Source of the DNA: Eledone cirrhosa
Taxonomy: Eukaryota
Length of the DNA: 64,000 nt
Reading direction: 5' to 3'
Assembly (NCBI GenBank): GCA_964016885.1
Contig: OZ024740.1
Location: 362,886,001-362,950,000, forward strand
Part shown: piece by piece, positions 27,948 through 42,957 of the stretch
Layout of the letters: every line of letters begins with the position of its first letter
Position numbering within the stretch: the stretch's first letter is position 1
Notes under the pieces: generated by a model
The model's database searches: none
Told to the model about the DNA's origin: nothing
What the model saw: the letters and a program-made list of their open reading frames with translations, nothing else
Made by a program: the position numbers and the translations under genes

Positions 27948-30649
27948 CATATATAAACACATAATGCATACAGGTAAAAACAGGAATCCATGAAACTAAT
28001 TTTGATCTTTGTAAGCAAAATTATTTTTATTGATAAAAGTACAAAGTTATTTTACCTTCATATACTGTAACGAGAAAACTACGATATTTTAGACGATGAC
28101 TTCCTTTGATGAAAGAGACACGGTTTTGCTCGTTTCTATCTCACGAAATACAGACAAATTAGTAACTACAAATGCGTGGGAGTGTAGTGTAGTAGAATGG
28201 ACTCAGCATGGCTGAATGGTTACGAAGATCACTTCACAATAACATGGGCAAGTGTAATTTACCATAGACTCTTGTCGACCTAAGCCCTGTAAATGAATCT
28301 GAGAAAATGGATGCTGTTTTGAAACCAGTCCGATAGACTGTACCTGTAATTCAATTGGCCAACCTTTTCACTCGGTGCTCTGAATCTCTCAGAGAAGTAT
28401 GTTATGAGTACACGTGTTTGTTGAATGCTCCTTGATATCAATAGCAGGCAAAATGTATAAATGCATAATGAGAAGCAAATACAGGACATTTTCCCCAAAT
28501 CCGTGAAGTTTGACAAGACTGATTTTTGCATTAGCATTCAACTGACGATATCTCAACACCTTTATGTAATACTTTTATAATTTATGAGACTAGAGAAAGT
28601 GAAACAATGTTATGAATTTATCCATTTTTACTTCAGAAAACGAATGTTTGATTTACTTGACAATAAAATAGTGTTTATTTAATTCAAGATAAAATTCCAC
28701 CTCAAACTGAATTCACACAATTGAATGTGCTGTTTGTTTTCACAGGTATGGATATATACTATTGAGAGATGCAATAATTCACATTTATTTGAAAATCCAG
28801 AGAGAAACAATTATTTTGATATTTCGAGAAATAAATACAGATTTCACACAGAGGTTGAATTTTTTTACACAGATTATAACAATTGAAAGTCTACGAAATT
28901 AATAGAAACAAATAAATGTAAACATGTACGGACGATTCTTTTGTGATCAGCGTTTCAAAGAAGTTCTACAGTGTGCGTCATTCCCCAGTTAAGCGTCCCA
29001 TTCTACTAAATAAAATAATTTTTTTACATTTCTTGCTCTGACGACATTAACAGAATTTCTAAGCTTGTATTTTCCAATAAACAGTCTAGACTCACCCACG
29101 CTAAATATTTTTTACACAATATAACTCTCTCCGCCGCTTTAAATATTTCCACCATGCTGTTGGATAGAAATAAGATTAGCGATTTATTTATAGATCGCAG
29201 AAATTTATTATATATCTAATATAATTCTACAAATCTGTATAAAAATGGGATCCTTTAAGGCTCAGTAATGCAACTCTCTGAAGTGTGCGCCTTAGGCGGT
29301 TGTCTAGTTGGCCTAATCCTAGCGCTGTTACTGATTAAGCTTTTTGAGCGAAACATTCTTCTGAGTTGACAAGCCTAAGAATGATCAACGAATATATAAT
29401 ACAGAAAATGTAGTGATACTGATTAAATTATCCCAGGGGAGCGTTTTGCCTACGATACACTAGTGTGTCATATGCGTATTATAGTGAATTGAAAGAAATT
29501 CGATCAACAGAAATTAATCAATCATCTAGTAGACAAATGTTAACTCTACGGGTGTTTAAAACTAAAATAATATATAGAGAATCAACAAGGGAGATAAGTC
29601 CAAGAGTCTCGGTTGATTAAAATATGTTAGTTGATCGACATTTTGGGTCTATATGGCAACTAAATCTCCTTCAAATCATATCCGGTTAATTTGGAAAAGG
29701 TAAGAAATCATAGAAAATGTAGGCACACTGTTTTTGCAAGAGCCCACAGTAGCATTGTAGGGCCCACTGTAGTATTTTAGGGAACAATGCTTTGCTTTCA
29801 AAAAATATCTGAAATCTAAGAGAAAGAATAAAATCTTTTAAAGAGAGACCGAAAGAGGGGGGGGGGGAGACATGAGGTGCAGCAGAAAGGAAACATGGAT
29901 TACAGGTTAAAATATAATCTAGATAGATGTGAAACAAAACGAGGATGTAGTTTATGGAACACCCAAATGATTTAGAAGTCGACCTTAAGTAGGAGCAATA
30001 ACATTAAGAAAGACATGAACGACACCACAACACTTTGTTTAGAACATTTTGAAAGTAGGTTTATAAGTATGAATTTTCATAAGATCTTCGTAGTTGTCTC
30101 TTTAGCCTAGCGTTATGTACTAGAGACGGTGGAGATCCTGGCCTTGGGTACAATCCTGGTTAAGAGGTACATGTAACCTTTTTTAGTTTTTATTTTACAA
30201 CCAATAGAAAAAAGCTGAAAAAGTTTACCGGGAACCCTACTTGCGATCAGGATCAAACTTCAGACCATGATCACCACCGTCGATGATTCCTCCAACTAGG
30301 CCACCGAGACAGCTACAAACGTATAATGAAAATTAATAATTATAAACCTGCTTTCAAAATCAAAGTTTAAAAGGTGTCGTTCATGGCTTTCCTAGAGCTA
30401 TTAGTAATATTTAGAGTCGACTTCTGGTCATTATTGAAAGTCTCTGGATTTCGCAAAATACATAATATTTTTATTGGAGAAGGTAAGATATTTCTCCGCA
30501 AAAATTTGATTACACTGTTTTGTTTCCACTTATGTATTTATCGAAAATGTTATTTATTCATTATAAAAATTAAATTATAGCATTCTTTATGTACGTAGGC
30601 CCCCTTCATCTGGCAACCAATATTTTTAGACCTAGTCCGCCACTGGCTG

Positions 30650-30820
30650 AAGGTGTATCTTGATACTGGATCTGCAATTTCCTCATCAATGGTCCCTAGA
30701 TGTCCTCCTCCTGTATTTTTCTTACAACGTTGACATTAAGTGGGCAGCTGATCTCTACAAGAGAGCACATTTTCAATGTGTGGTCCCAAATAACAATATC
30801 AGGCCGGTTGTTCTCTAATT
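30650..30820 (-). pseudogene. R4/Dong endonuclease fragment (same family as 14285)
   Basis: NNRPDIVIWDHTLKMCSLVEISCPLNVNVVRKIQE, adjacent to (TATG)n. Confidence 0.8.
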
Positions 30821-31824
30821 TGTATGTATGTATGTATGTGTTTAACTTATTAATAAATCATAACAAGTGTGAATTGAATATTGGAGAATGGTTGATCCTC
30901 GACTTAAATGCATTGCCTTATAATTTGAAATGTTCTCAATGCTTCTTAAGTCAACCGCTTAGTTTATACTATATCATAATTTGAGCTGAGCAATTCATCA
31001 TTTTTAATCACTCGAAAACGTACCAGTCATAAACTGGACTTGATCGTGACGTCTAAACTCAATGTCTTAGAACCATGTAATGTTGGGTCAACTTATGAAT
31101 TTATTATTATATTACGCTTTGTTGTTATTTGATATGGACTCTCTGCAGTGTTTGCTTTAAATGTGGACTTTGCTAACGCTTTCATTAATTTGTATGCAGT
31201 GGCAACTAATTGCATTCGACTGAATTAAATTTCTGCTGGAGCAGAATATGAAAGTATCCTATGTCTCGAGGTAATGAAAGTGTATATAAAGGCCGTTTAT
31301 AAGTTCAAATATCTTTATCATAATATAATATATACAATACCGTTCATATATAAGCTATAAGCGAAAGTATTTATATGCGACAGCAACTGGATATTACTGC
31401 GGCATGATGAAACTCCGTCCATTCCGACGAAGAATGCTCCTAGTTCGCTTGTTTAGTAGTTTTCTTATTTCATTATTATTCCTTCCTTCTGTGACTTGAC
31501 TTTGATAAAGCGTGCAATCAGAAACGTTAGTCTCCTTATATAATTTCATTGTAGACACATTGTTTGCGGTTTTGTGCATTCCTTTTTTTTTCTACTTTAT
31601 GTTTACTATCTTTTAAACTCTCACGCTGTTCAATCGCATCTTACCGCGTTCTAATTTTGTCGATTTTGCCTATAAATTTTGAAAAATGCACCGGCATGAT
31701 CTTTTGATAAGCTACGTGCCTTTCACGGTCACATGACACAGAGAGTGGAGGCGACTACTACTGTAATGGCGTTCCGTAACCAAGACTATAGGCAGACACT
31801 TAACTGTTCAGAAGAGACTAAATT

Positions 31825-31955
31825 CACTCACTGATGAAGCTGCCTATATCCGATTATGTAATACTTAATAGCATTACCTAATTTTCTGTGAACGGCACAC
31901 CATATGGACTGTCAACAATAAATGGAGCAGTGGAAACTAATTAATTAGTCCAGGA
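31825..31955 (+). ncRNA. Degenerate hammerhead with long stem II insertion
   Basis: CTGATGA-aGCTGC...GCAGTg-GAAAC-TAATTAATTA-GTC; stem I pairs poorly. Confidence 0.5.
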
Positions 31956-32147
31956 AGAAAGAATCTAATCTCTACCCTGATGAAATCGCTTTTCTCGCTA
32001 TTTAACGTTGTAGTGTGCAGTCTGTCTTCATTTGAGTTAGCATCTTAAGGATACTAGCTTAATTAAAACATCGAGTGAGTGGAAATACGATCGCTGATCT
32101 TCGCTACTATCTGATAACTTCGTCTCTGTATTATATAATTATAAATA

Positions 32148-32627
32148 CTAGCAGAAAAACCACCCTTCGGGTGGCTTTCTGCTAGCATGTTTAGCGTGTA
32201 TATTGATATTATACGCAAGTATATATACATGTAGATATGATACATCAAATAAAATCATAATTGACAATATACACAGAAATTGAACGAAGACTGTGTTACA
32301 CAGTCTTATGTAAACAGTAAAGTAATCCATGATACATTAAAAAAAGACGATATTATATACAAACTGCATTAGGAAAAAATTAGTGACAGAAAATTAATAT
32401 GTTTATTCAAGCGATCGCCAACCGGAAGTGTTGACATTTCAGAAATTTTAAAGAAGTGAATCTTTAAATAAACAAAATATATTTAATCAACAGCCACGAA
32501 ATTTAGTAGATAAATTATGTAATATTCATTCATTATTTATTCAAAATAATCCAACTTATTTTACTAATGGGATAAAAAATTATAAACCGTACGCAGTCCC
32601 ACGCTCCTCCCTTTATTATAGTTTAGA
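32148..32627 (-). mobile_element. Non-autonomous Helitron
   Basis: A|TCTAAACTATAATAAA 5' end; 3' hairpin CCACCC-gaa-GGGTGG then CTAG|T; copies at 41468-41907 and 54556-55043. Confidence 0.8.
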
Positions 32628-32932
32628 TAGGCTTAAAAATGGAATGAGAATAAGAAGAAAGCAAGAACAGGGGAGGGAGAGTTTTCCTCATCAGTTGTCT
32701 ACTGGGGATCTCGGATATTTCAACGCTGAGTGGTTAGAAAATTGGATTCACAATCTTGAGGTTGTGAATTCGATTCCTGGACCGGGCGATACGTTATGGC
32801 CTTGAGCAAGACATTTTATTTCATTTTGCTTCTTCTACCTGGAGTTGCGACCGATAGATAGTATTAGCAACTGGAAAGACTGACGAAAACATTGTTTCCT
32901 CGGTCCGATTTGACGAAAGTCGATCGATCCTT

Positions 32933-33082
<150 letters not shown>

Positions 33083-33108
33083 GTGTGTGCGTGTGTGTAC
33101 GTGTTGTA

Positions 33109-33475
33109 TACAGGCTGTTTCTGAAATAATTTTTCACAAAAATAAGGTAGAATCTTATAGATTTCTCACCTATGTATATAAACTGGTGAAGCTCATTTGC
33201 ACACAAACCAGTAGCTGACCAGTCTTAGTTAAAAAAAAAAATAGCATTAAACAATTCATAGTGAAAATTGTCAAATATTTGTCATAAATATCCTGTATAC
33301 ACGTACATATATGTTTATAACGCTATAATGGAGCACCAATACTATTTTTTTTTAAATTTAAGCCTGGCCAGCTACCGCTCTGTATGCAAATGAGCTTCAT
33401 CATACATATGCGAAAAATCTAGCTTATTTTTGTCTCAGTGGAAATTAGGTGGATATGCAGCTTCGACAACAGCCA
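33109..33475. mobile_element. Degenerate inverted-repeat MITE (possibly Tc1/mariner-type)
   Basis: TA-CAGGCTGT start; TGAAGCTCATTTGCA..GTAGCTG is mirrored by CAGCTAC..TGCAAATGAGCTTCA. Confidence 0.5.
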
Positions 33476-33659
33476 AAAAAGTGGTAAAAAACGTTGTTGG
33501 TTATTTCCCTTTATTTTTGATGAGACTAATATATTACTTATAATTAATATTTGTTTCTACTTTTAGCACAAGGCCAGCAATTTCCCAGTGCATTACTGGT
33601 ACTTTATTTTATCATACCGTAAGGATGAAAGACAATAATTTATTGGCCACAAGGGCCGA

Positions 33660-34200
33660 CATGTAGGGGACAATACAAAGACAGGGACAGTGGGGGGGGG
33701 GGGTTTACAACAAGACTGAGTGAAAATGTATAATAAAAAAACCAATTTAACAATAAAAAAAATGGAAATAAAACATATAAAAAATAAATAAATAAATTCC
33801 CTAATAGTGGGGTGAAGTACCCACGGGTGACTCAGGTACCCCACCAATCCTGAAATGCCCGACGCTTCGAGGGCACACGGGAAGGGCACTCCTCTCCTCC
33901 TCACGTTAACCAGCTTACAGGCATATATTTAGAATAGGCCTATTCATGCGGGCCATTCTTGCCCCAGTCACCAACCTTTTAACAAATATACTGGGGGGGG
34001 GGGGGGCACCAGTTCTCTTCCCACCCTCACCTTCCTTTCCAAGTAAAACTTGAAAACGTTGATGAGGGGTTGACCAAAGAGAAAAGTGTCTGTCTTCAGT
34101 CCTTTCAACTTGGTCCAGCACACAACCTCCTTTGCTACCGCTACCAGACAGAGGAAAACTGTCTGCTCTTCCCAATCAAAAGAAGGCGTTGTGGTGATCT
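33660..34200 (-). pseudogene. L1/Tx1-like LINE 3' end
   Basis: VFLCLVAVAKEVVCWTKLKGLKTDTFL..LINVFKFYL; homologous to about 36260-36470. Confidence 0.6.
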
Positions 34201-35027
34201 TTATCATGGATACGCATTTTCATATCACAATACATAATTACATTATAGATATATCAGTTCTCGATTAATCGGTATCCGCCGACCTGGAAAGGCCGATTAA
34301 TCGGGAATCGACTAGTTTGCATACGTAATATCGATGTCGATATATAATTATATGTCATTTATTATTTTATCTGTCGAAAGTTAATAATTTCTTTGTCCAT
34401 CAACAGTTGTCTCTTACAATTTCATTGCTAGTCTCAATAAAATATCTCTTCATTCTAGCCCTTTCTGTCTCTCCATTTTCTCTATTTCTTCGCTCTCTAT
34501 CTATCCCCCTCCCTCCTCTTTTACTCTCAATCTATCTATCTATATATCTATTCTCTTTATCCCAATTTATCAAACTCTCTCTCCCAGAATCTCACTATCA
34601 CCATATTGTTCTAAGACGCTGCTTAAATAAATTTTTTCTTTCAGCTTTTTTTACCCCACCTCCTTCACATTTGTGCGTTCTTTTCCAACCAATATTCTCT
34701 TCTTTTCTCAAACAATTCTCAATAAACAACCACACACACACAAATATTCTTCCACACACACTATATATATGTATTTATTTGTATATATACACAGTAGTAA
34801 AAGTTTGGTAGAAATATCCAAGGGCTAGAGCACTCATACGTATTATCAATTTCCACTTTCCTTCACAGTCTCTCTCTCTCTCCCTCTCTCTCTCTCCTTC
34901 CTTTCTACTTTCACTTTTTCAAATATACACATGAGTTCACAGCCATGTATATTTATCTCATAAACACATGTGCAATTGTATTTCTATATACGACTTGCGC
35001 ATGGTGTCTATCTCTCTATCTCTATAA

Positions 35028-35071
<44 letters not shown>

Positions 35072-35080
35072 ACACACACG

Positions 35081-35191
<111 letters not shown>

Positions 35192-36249
35192 GGTTAAGTT
35201 GCAGGCAGACAGAAAGAGAGATTCTATATCCATATCAGATGCCTCCTCACACACACATACATACACATAAAACACAAACTTACATATAAAACTTTCACAA
35301 AATCTTCACAGAGCAGTATTTAACAAAGCATTTATATGTATACACACACTTAAATGCACGTATATGTACACGTATGTATAATCATATTCACATATATGTA
35401 CATGTATGTATACATACTCATATTCACATATATGTACACATGGATACCTACTTTCATATGCACATATATGCTCACATATTGGTACTTGCAAACTTATTCC
35501 CCGTTAATGCATGAATGATTTCATATATGTATTTGACTTCCTTGACAAGATGTTGGTTTTCTAAATGCTAATTAATTTTGAATAACACTGAAAATAGTCA
35601 TCGAACCATCTAACGATTCTTTCCCTATTCTATCGTAGTTTGGGTAATTTCTCACGCTATCTACATCCCTTATATTCTAGTGTATTCGTGATAATATTGG
35701 TTAAAGTATGACAGCAGTTTGAGCGATGTTTTTATGGATCAAGTCAATATTTGCTGTTCAAGTTAACAAAGCTCAACAATTGAGAATTATATAATTCAGC
35801 GAATGCTACCAGCGGTGAGCTGTTATTACTGTGACTATTTAGTTAGGGCTGATTTAAAAAGAATAGGGAATCCAGCGAAGCTTCGTTAACGAAATGCCTG
35901 CCCTCAACTCGGATAACAAAAATTTGAATGTTATAGTAGTGCTAATAATGGTACAAGGCCAGCAATTTTTGGGGAAGGGAAAATCTATTATAAATAATCC
36001 AGTACTTTAATCTATCCTCCTTCCCCGAAGAAAATAAGTCAATGTTGACTTAAACGGCATTTGCACTCAGAACGTAAAGAGGATGACAAATAGCGCAAGG
36101 ACCTTGTTCTGACGCTCTAACGATTCTGCCAATTCACTACCGTTGATATTGATAATGATTTCTAATTTAGGTTCAAGGCCAGCAATTTCAAAAGATGGTA
36201 AAGGCAGTTATAACAACCAACCCTAATATTTGACAGATCTTTTATTGAC

Positions 36250-37460
36250 GGGCTAGGCTCGCAACTTACACCTACCTTTCAACAAACTGTTTGGAAGGTA
36301 GCACTACCCTCGCCGCCCTGGTTTTCCTCCTCGAGTGAAACTTGAAAAGGTTAATGAGGTCTTGTGCAAAAACAAAAAACAAAGTGTTTGTCCTCAACCC
36401 TTTTAATCGCGTCCATTACACGACCTCTTTCACTATGGTCACATGGCAGATGAAAAGAACCCGCCATTTCTAGCTAGAGGATGGTGGCGAAGAGAACTTT
36501 ACGATGGAGTGAACTGATAGCCGGATCCGTCCTGCATGCGACAGCAGGTGTTCGACCTGAACCCACACTTTAGCAATGCTAGGACACCAGACGAGTATGT
36601 GAAGGACGGTTTTGTAGCATATCGGACAGACCTCTCTTATGCCACTTCCATGTTTGTAGAGTTTATCTCGAACCGGCAATGCTCCACTGACAAGCCAAGG
36701 ATTTCTGGAAGTTATCCATCGGCCCTGGCCCGAAAGTTCTCCGGAAAAGAGAGGCTAGTTTACTGTCTTCGACACCCTGTGTCTCCCTACAAATGTTGTC
36801 ACTTTTCCTACCATTAATTCTCTATAGAACGCCAAAGTGGGATTTCCACCGATCGCAATGTCCGACTGGTAGAAAGCTGTCAGTTCATGCGTACATTCCA
36901 GTTTCCAAATCATACCATCCGGTTTTCTCTTGACCCAACTTCAAGCAAATGGCATCCACATCTGTTCGAAGATGACGTATCCTCAGTGCATCATCAGCTA
37001 TGGCAGGCCCAGATCGCGTTCCTTTCACAAGAAATGAAAGAGTAAATGCTCCAATGTGGTTAGACGGAGATCAGGACAAGGCATGACGGCTAGACGGAAG
37101 TAGATGACGGATATGATGTACGTTTTCACTAACTCCGCCGGACTTTTTAGGGATTGCTTCAATTCGGCCTATTTCTGGACGTGTGACCACTCTCCTCGTT
37201 ACCTCGTCCCAGCCTTCGTCTATTTGGAGGTCTGGACCAAACTAGATCCGAAGCAATTTAACTGATCCGCCCGTCTAACCCCTGATGACACTGTTGGACT
37301 GCTTGGTGCTACCTCTTCAGGTGCCGAGCCGCAGACACACCGTCTTTTCCTAGTTCATCTTTGCCCCGGACACATTCCCTCAGAGCAGTGCCGATCACCT
37401 CGATGTGTTTGCTGATCGAAACTTCTACAGTGATATCGTCAGCATATGTTGATACGGTTC
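36250..37460 (-). pseudogene. L1/Tx1-like LINE ORF2 fragment
   Basis: TVSTYADDITV near 37430-37458 and LPVRDKL..CPIC..TVLHILVWCP (zf-RVT/CCHC-like); many disruptions. Confidence 0.75.
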
Positions 37461-37639
37461 TTCTTGATTTACCACATCATGTCAAACCTGAAACAGTTAC
37501 ACGAAGCGCATCCAGCACATGACCACTTTTGTCATAGTCACCAGAGAGAAGGAAACTATCTGCCCTTTCCTGTCAAAAGAAGATTGTGGGACGCTCTTCA
37601 CGATGGAGCCAGTCGATAATACATTACAGTGTAATGTGT

Positions 37640-38225
37640 AATAATTACACACACGCTATTGGTTATCCACCTTCTCTTTGTATACACAATTCTCTTTTTT
37701 TATAGTTATTTGCACCATATGATAATTTTGAAAGGGAATAATGGAATAATTGTAGCGGGGTTGGGGTGGAAAATTCATTTCAATAAAAGGTGTCCTTGAA
37801 AACTAAAATGAAATTTGAAAATGAGATTTTATATTTTCCCAAATGTTGGATTCCTAACAAAGACATTTTTTTCTCCAGATATTTACTTGCAGAATTGAGA
37901 AAGATTTGTTTGCCTCTCGTCGAGTTCATCAATATTTTGACAGCTATGGATAGTAAAAAGACTAAGGAGACTAAAGAGATTATTGAAGATTTTAAATTCT
38001 TCTTTAACTCCGGGTAATAAATATCCGGAGAAAATGGCTTTGACCGGAATTCAACATGTGGCTAAATATCAAATCTCAATTTCAAATTTCATTTTAGTTT
38101 ACAAGGACATCTTTTATTTAAATGGATTTTCGATACCATCTATAATTACTTCCCTCCAAAATTGTTATACGGTGATAATAACAATTCAAAGAGAGAAATT
38201 GATAACCACTAGCCTGTGTGTATTG
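37640..38225. mobile_element. Old fold-back MITE
   Basis: Imperfect long inverted arms, about 37640-37900 versus 38000-38225 (GTCCTTG.AAACTAAAATGAAATTTGAAA / TTTCAAATTTCATTTTAGTTT.CAAGGAC). Confidence 0.65.
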
Positions 38226-39444
38226 TATTTTAGCAAAATACTTGAAAACTTGAATTTATGTTTGCAGACTTCAGGTTGGGATCCGATGGAGTAAACCAAT
38301 GATAAAAAGCATTCCGACAATTATCATTCCATATGTATTTACAGGCACACTGTATTTAGAATCAGGCTAACCAATTATTAATTATGTTTTGGAGCCGGAA
38401 AAATATAATATAAAAGTGAATTATTTTCTATTTCCAACAAACAGAGACATAGCAGGTCTCTACGTTCTATGTCCAAATCACACCGAGGCCAACTTTGCCT
38501 TTCATCCTTTCCGAGGTCAATAAAATAAAGTACCAGTTAAGTACTGGAGTCGATATAGTCGATTTCCAACCACCAACACCACAACAACAAAAATGTTGGC
38601 CTTGTGTCAAAATTATAAAGCATTGTTTAATTTAGAAAACAGCATCAATTAGGAAATGCGAACAATTTGTAGAAGTCTTAGAAATTGTAAACCTAAATGA
38701 GAAACTAAATTTAAATATGAACATTTTTTTAAACGATGAAATATTAATTACAAGCAAATTTTTACCCGATACATACAAGTAAGCAAATGGCATGGGATTT
38801 TCCCAAAATACTGACATTAAATGTATGAGTTTTTAAAAAAATAGTTTTAGTTGTGATTTCAATTATTCCAACACCTTTGGTATACTGTGGACGAGCTTTT
38901 GATGTAATGAATTCTAAATAACGAATAAGAAATAGTTGCTTAGAATTTTGGATACACTAAAAAAAAATGTTTTTGCTAAAGTATGCAAGCAGTCGGAAAA
39001 CATAATTTTAAAACTTTAAAGTGCTAAAGATGTAAGTATGTGTAAAGAAGTATGCTTTGCAATTACGCGGTTCTGTATTCAACTCTGCTGGGTGTCATCT
39101 TGAACAAGTGTCTTCTACTACAGCCTCAGATTGACCAACGATTTATGAGGGGCAATATGGTTGACGGTATTAGCAGAGGTTTGTCCATGAGTTTATGTCT
39201 TGTAACTTAGTGGTTAAACAAAAATAAGATTGATGAAATAAGTACCAGACTTGAAAACATAAGTACTGGGGTCGATTGAAACCCCTAAATGAATAAAAGA
39301 ATATGTTGCAAATTATTGTATTGTTCAAATAAACAACAAATTAGTGCAAATATGTAGACGTAAAATATTTTAGCACATATAACAGCAACAGGAACTTGGC
39401 ATAGAATTCTACGAACATTATTATACAATATAAATGTGTTAGAC

Positions 39445-39735
39445 CTCTGTCGGTTACGAAGACGAATGTTCAAGGTGATACTATCAACGAAACAGCCTGC
39501 TCGTAAGATTAACGTGCATTCGTATCGTAATTCGCAGCGACATTCAGCGTGACACAGTATGTGACAAGGCTGGTCCTTTGAATTACAGGTACAACGCAGG
39601 TTTTTACTGCTCCGTCGACTGGCACAACTCGAAATAAATGTTTTGCTCAAGGATACAAAGCACTGTCCTGTCAGGGAATCCAACTCACGATTTAAGATCG
39701 GAAATTTGACACCCTAACCACTAAGCCACATGCCT
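39445..39735 (-). mobile_element. SINE family B copy
   Basis: Minus strand GCATGTGGCTTAGTGGTTAGGG..GTGAGTTGGATTCC..GTACCTGTAATTCAAAGGACC. Confidence 0.8.
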
Positions 39736-40438
39736 TCTCGCGAAACAAATAAAAAGCCATTAAAAGCTTTGAAGCAGTAAACACATTTTTTTACAGTTGT
39801 ATATATTTGATATAACATGTTTTCACGTGAAGAAAACATCAAACAATTAAAGAAATTTCCACTGAAGTAGAAAGAAAAAAAGTTATCGATTATATTTTTT
39901 ATTTTTAAATAAACGAATAAACAAATGAACAATAAAAACCAAGTGTAATTAAGTCGTTAGCAACTAATCAAATGATAAATAGAATTTGATTTTTATTCAG
40001 ACGTGGTTAATAATACAACTTTGAAATATGGTTTGTTGCATGTTTAAATTAAAAGAGGGCTGTATTTAAGTATGTGGTTGTTTGTGTGTATATGAGTTCA
40101 TATTTCTGTGAGTAAATCTATGTCTGGAAGTGTTGATGAGTTAGTTAGTCTGAATTACGAATGAAGAATGTAAGTATTTACTTATGGTAGTTGAATATTT
40201 CTGCATTGTTATGACTAGTGACATATTCATGTTCGAATGAATAAAGGCGGGTTATTTACAAGGGAAATGATAATATCATTCGACAGTTGTTGAGAAAACG
40301 AAGAAATCTACGATAGTCAATTCACTTATGAAACTATGCTTGAGGTCGATAATATTGATGATACTCCTCTTCTAAATGTGAGACCTTAATCCTATGTAAT
40401 AGATTATTAAGATGTAGAAAACATTGTTTCTACTAGAG

Positions 40439-40611
40439 CAGCGGTCGCCAACCTTTCGGACCTCACGGACCACTAAATTCATAATTTTAAAACCTACGAA
40501 CCACTAATATGAATTTAAAAAAAAGATAAATACATTTAAATTCTTCTGCGAACCCCCAACATTTTCTCTCGGACCACCAGTGGTTCGCGGATCACCGGTT
40601 GGTGACCGCTG
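40439..40611. mobile_element. hAT (Charlie-like) MITE, partly duplicated in tandem (about 40484-40674 repeated at 40675-40865)
   Basis: TIR CAGCGGTCGCCAACC / GGTTGGTGACCGCTG; imperfect 8-bp TSD TACTAGAG / CACTAGAA. Confidence 0.85.
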
Positions 40612-41467
40612 CACTAGAAGAAAGATTCTGTGAAATAGTTTCAGAGTTTGAAGGAGAGTTTATAATGATGATGCATTTTAAAACCTACCGACCACTAATA
40701 TGAATTTAAAAAAAAGATAAATACATGTAAATTCTTCTGCGGACCCCCAACATTTTCTCTCGGACCACCAGTGGTTCGCGGATCACCGGTTGGTGACCGC
40801 TGCACTAGAAGAAAGATTCTGTGAAATAGTTTCAGAGTTTGAAGGAGAGTTTATAATGATGATGCATTAGTGAAAGCAGGTATGTTTAAGAATCGGTTTC
40901 AGTCATAATAATGGTTTTTGCTAGAACAGAGTGGGTGTAGTTGATTGGTTGTATAACAGTATATTACTAGCATTTATTATTGTAGATCACGGTCATAATT
41001 TAAATTTGGAACGAAGGACGAACCTAAATGCTACGCTGTAGCAAATAGGTTCGTCAAATATTTGCCCACACGTTGAGTTTCGCCTGTACAATGATTATTC
41101 GATACTTATTGGTTTTGTAAATATATAGTGGCGGAAGAGACAGTTCGGGAGATTAGTGGTTATCTAAATCAGTTTTGTAGAAAGATAGAAGAAACAGAAT
41201 TGATATATAATGTACACTGTGACTACACAATGTGTTTAGCATCATTTAGTCGCTTCACGTTTATTCGTAGTAATTAAGTTACTACATTGTAAGGCCCTGT
41301 AATGTAGCATCTTAGGCAAATGTATTTTGTACTATAGCATCGGTTTCGCTAATGTGAGAGTGGCATTTGTTTGGTAGACGGAATCGGCAGAATCCCGATG
41401 TATATATATATATATATATATAGATATATATATATATATATATATAGATATATATATATATATATAT

Positions 41468-41907
41468 ATAAAACTATAATAAAGGAAGGTCTGCGGGACT
41501 GCGTACGGTTTTTTTTTTTTATCCCGTTAGTAAAATAAGTTGTATTACTTTGAATAAATAATGAATGAATATTTCATAATTTATCTACTAAATTTCGTAA
41601 ACAAAAATAATTTCGTAAAAATAAATAATTTAAAATTGACTTCTTTTCAAAGTTGCAGATCCGGTATATCCTTGCCACCACCACCACTTCAACTACCATA
41701 TATATAGAAAGAGAGAGTGTGTAATGTCAACACTTCCGGTGGCGATCACCTAAATAAACATACTAATTTTCTGTCACTAATTTTCTCCTAATACAGTTTA
41801 TATTGTCAATAACAATTTTATTTGATGTATCATATCTACATGTATATATACTTGCGTATAATACACATGGTAGCAGAAAACCACCCGAAAAGTGGTTTTT
41901 CTGCTAG
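41468..41907 (+). mobile_element. Non-autonomous Helitron (same family)
   Basis: AAACTATAATAAAGG..GGGACTGCGTACGG start; hairpin plus CTAG|T end. Confidence 0.75.
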
Positions 41908-42248
41908 TATATATAATATACATATATATATATGTGGCTTCCTTGTTCAATCATCTTACCAGAAGCCTGACATTATTTATGTAAGCGGACGGTACTTGAT
42001 TTAGGAGCCGCAGAAACCCAAATAGTGGATTTTACCAACCTTCCAGGGCTCAGGGTAAATTTTCAATACCCGAATTACTTGATCGTTTTTTTGGCTATGC
42101 GAATGATTGTTTAACCATCGTCTCAGTGTGTTTGGCCTTTAACGTTTGTTATAGCTCTGGTTCACCTGAAATATTGAGCACTTGCCTCACATCTCGGAGG
42201 TTGTTTTTCGTTATTTTGTGGACCGAAATGCGAATCTCGATAATTTAT

Positions 42249-42350
<102 letters not shown>

Positions 42351-42518
42351 TGCCAAATATACCATACATACATGTATACATCGCTATTTCAGAGCACCAA
42401 TCCTAATACCTAATTTTTGCTGGACTGGCAATCGCTATGTATAATCAGCTCCTGATTATTACTGGAATTCTATAAGAATCCAGCTTCTATAATTTTCAGT
42501 GGAAGCAGGGGAGTGTGT

Positions 42519-42560
42519 GGCTCTGATGAACGCCAACCAGCGTGAAACAGACTGTCAGCT
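42519..42560 (+). ncRNA. Canonical type I hammerhead ribozyme
   Basis: GCT-CTGATGA-ACGC-caacca-GCGT-GAAA-CA-gac-TG-TC-AGC. All core nucleotides are canonical with a GUC site, and stem I can extend (GGGAG/CTCCC). Confidence 0.85.
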
Positions 42561-42784
42561 TCTCTCCCTTCTTTCGCCTAAAAGAAGTAAGTGACATAGT
42601 CACTACTTCAAAACTGATAGCGTATGGTCTTCTAAATATTTTTAATTAAACATACGGTATATGGCCAAATATACCGTACATATATATATAAGGCTTGTTT
42701 GCATAATTGCAAACGAATCGAATGTTATTATTAATATTCGAAAAACTATATAATAAATTACATTTATTATATATATATATGTAT

Positions 42785-42825
<41 letters not shown>

Positions 42826-42905
42826 TATCCCGGGTTCAATCGGGGGTAACCACAGTAAGTAAGGTAGTCAATACATAGCGGAGTATAAATATTTAATATA
42901 GAAAT

Positions 42906-42957
42906 GGCTTCTACAGGACTAGAACTGTTTCATTCGGGATAAATCATCAGGAAAGCC
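42906..42957 (-). ncRNA. Hammerhead-like motif in a pLTR-like insert (about 42820-43190)
   Basis: Minus strand CCTGATGAtttatcccgaatGAAACagttctaGTCctgtagaa; 3' half identical to the 26137 copy. Confidence 0.5.
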
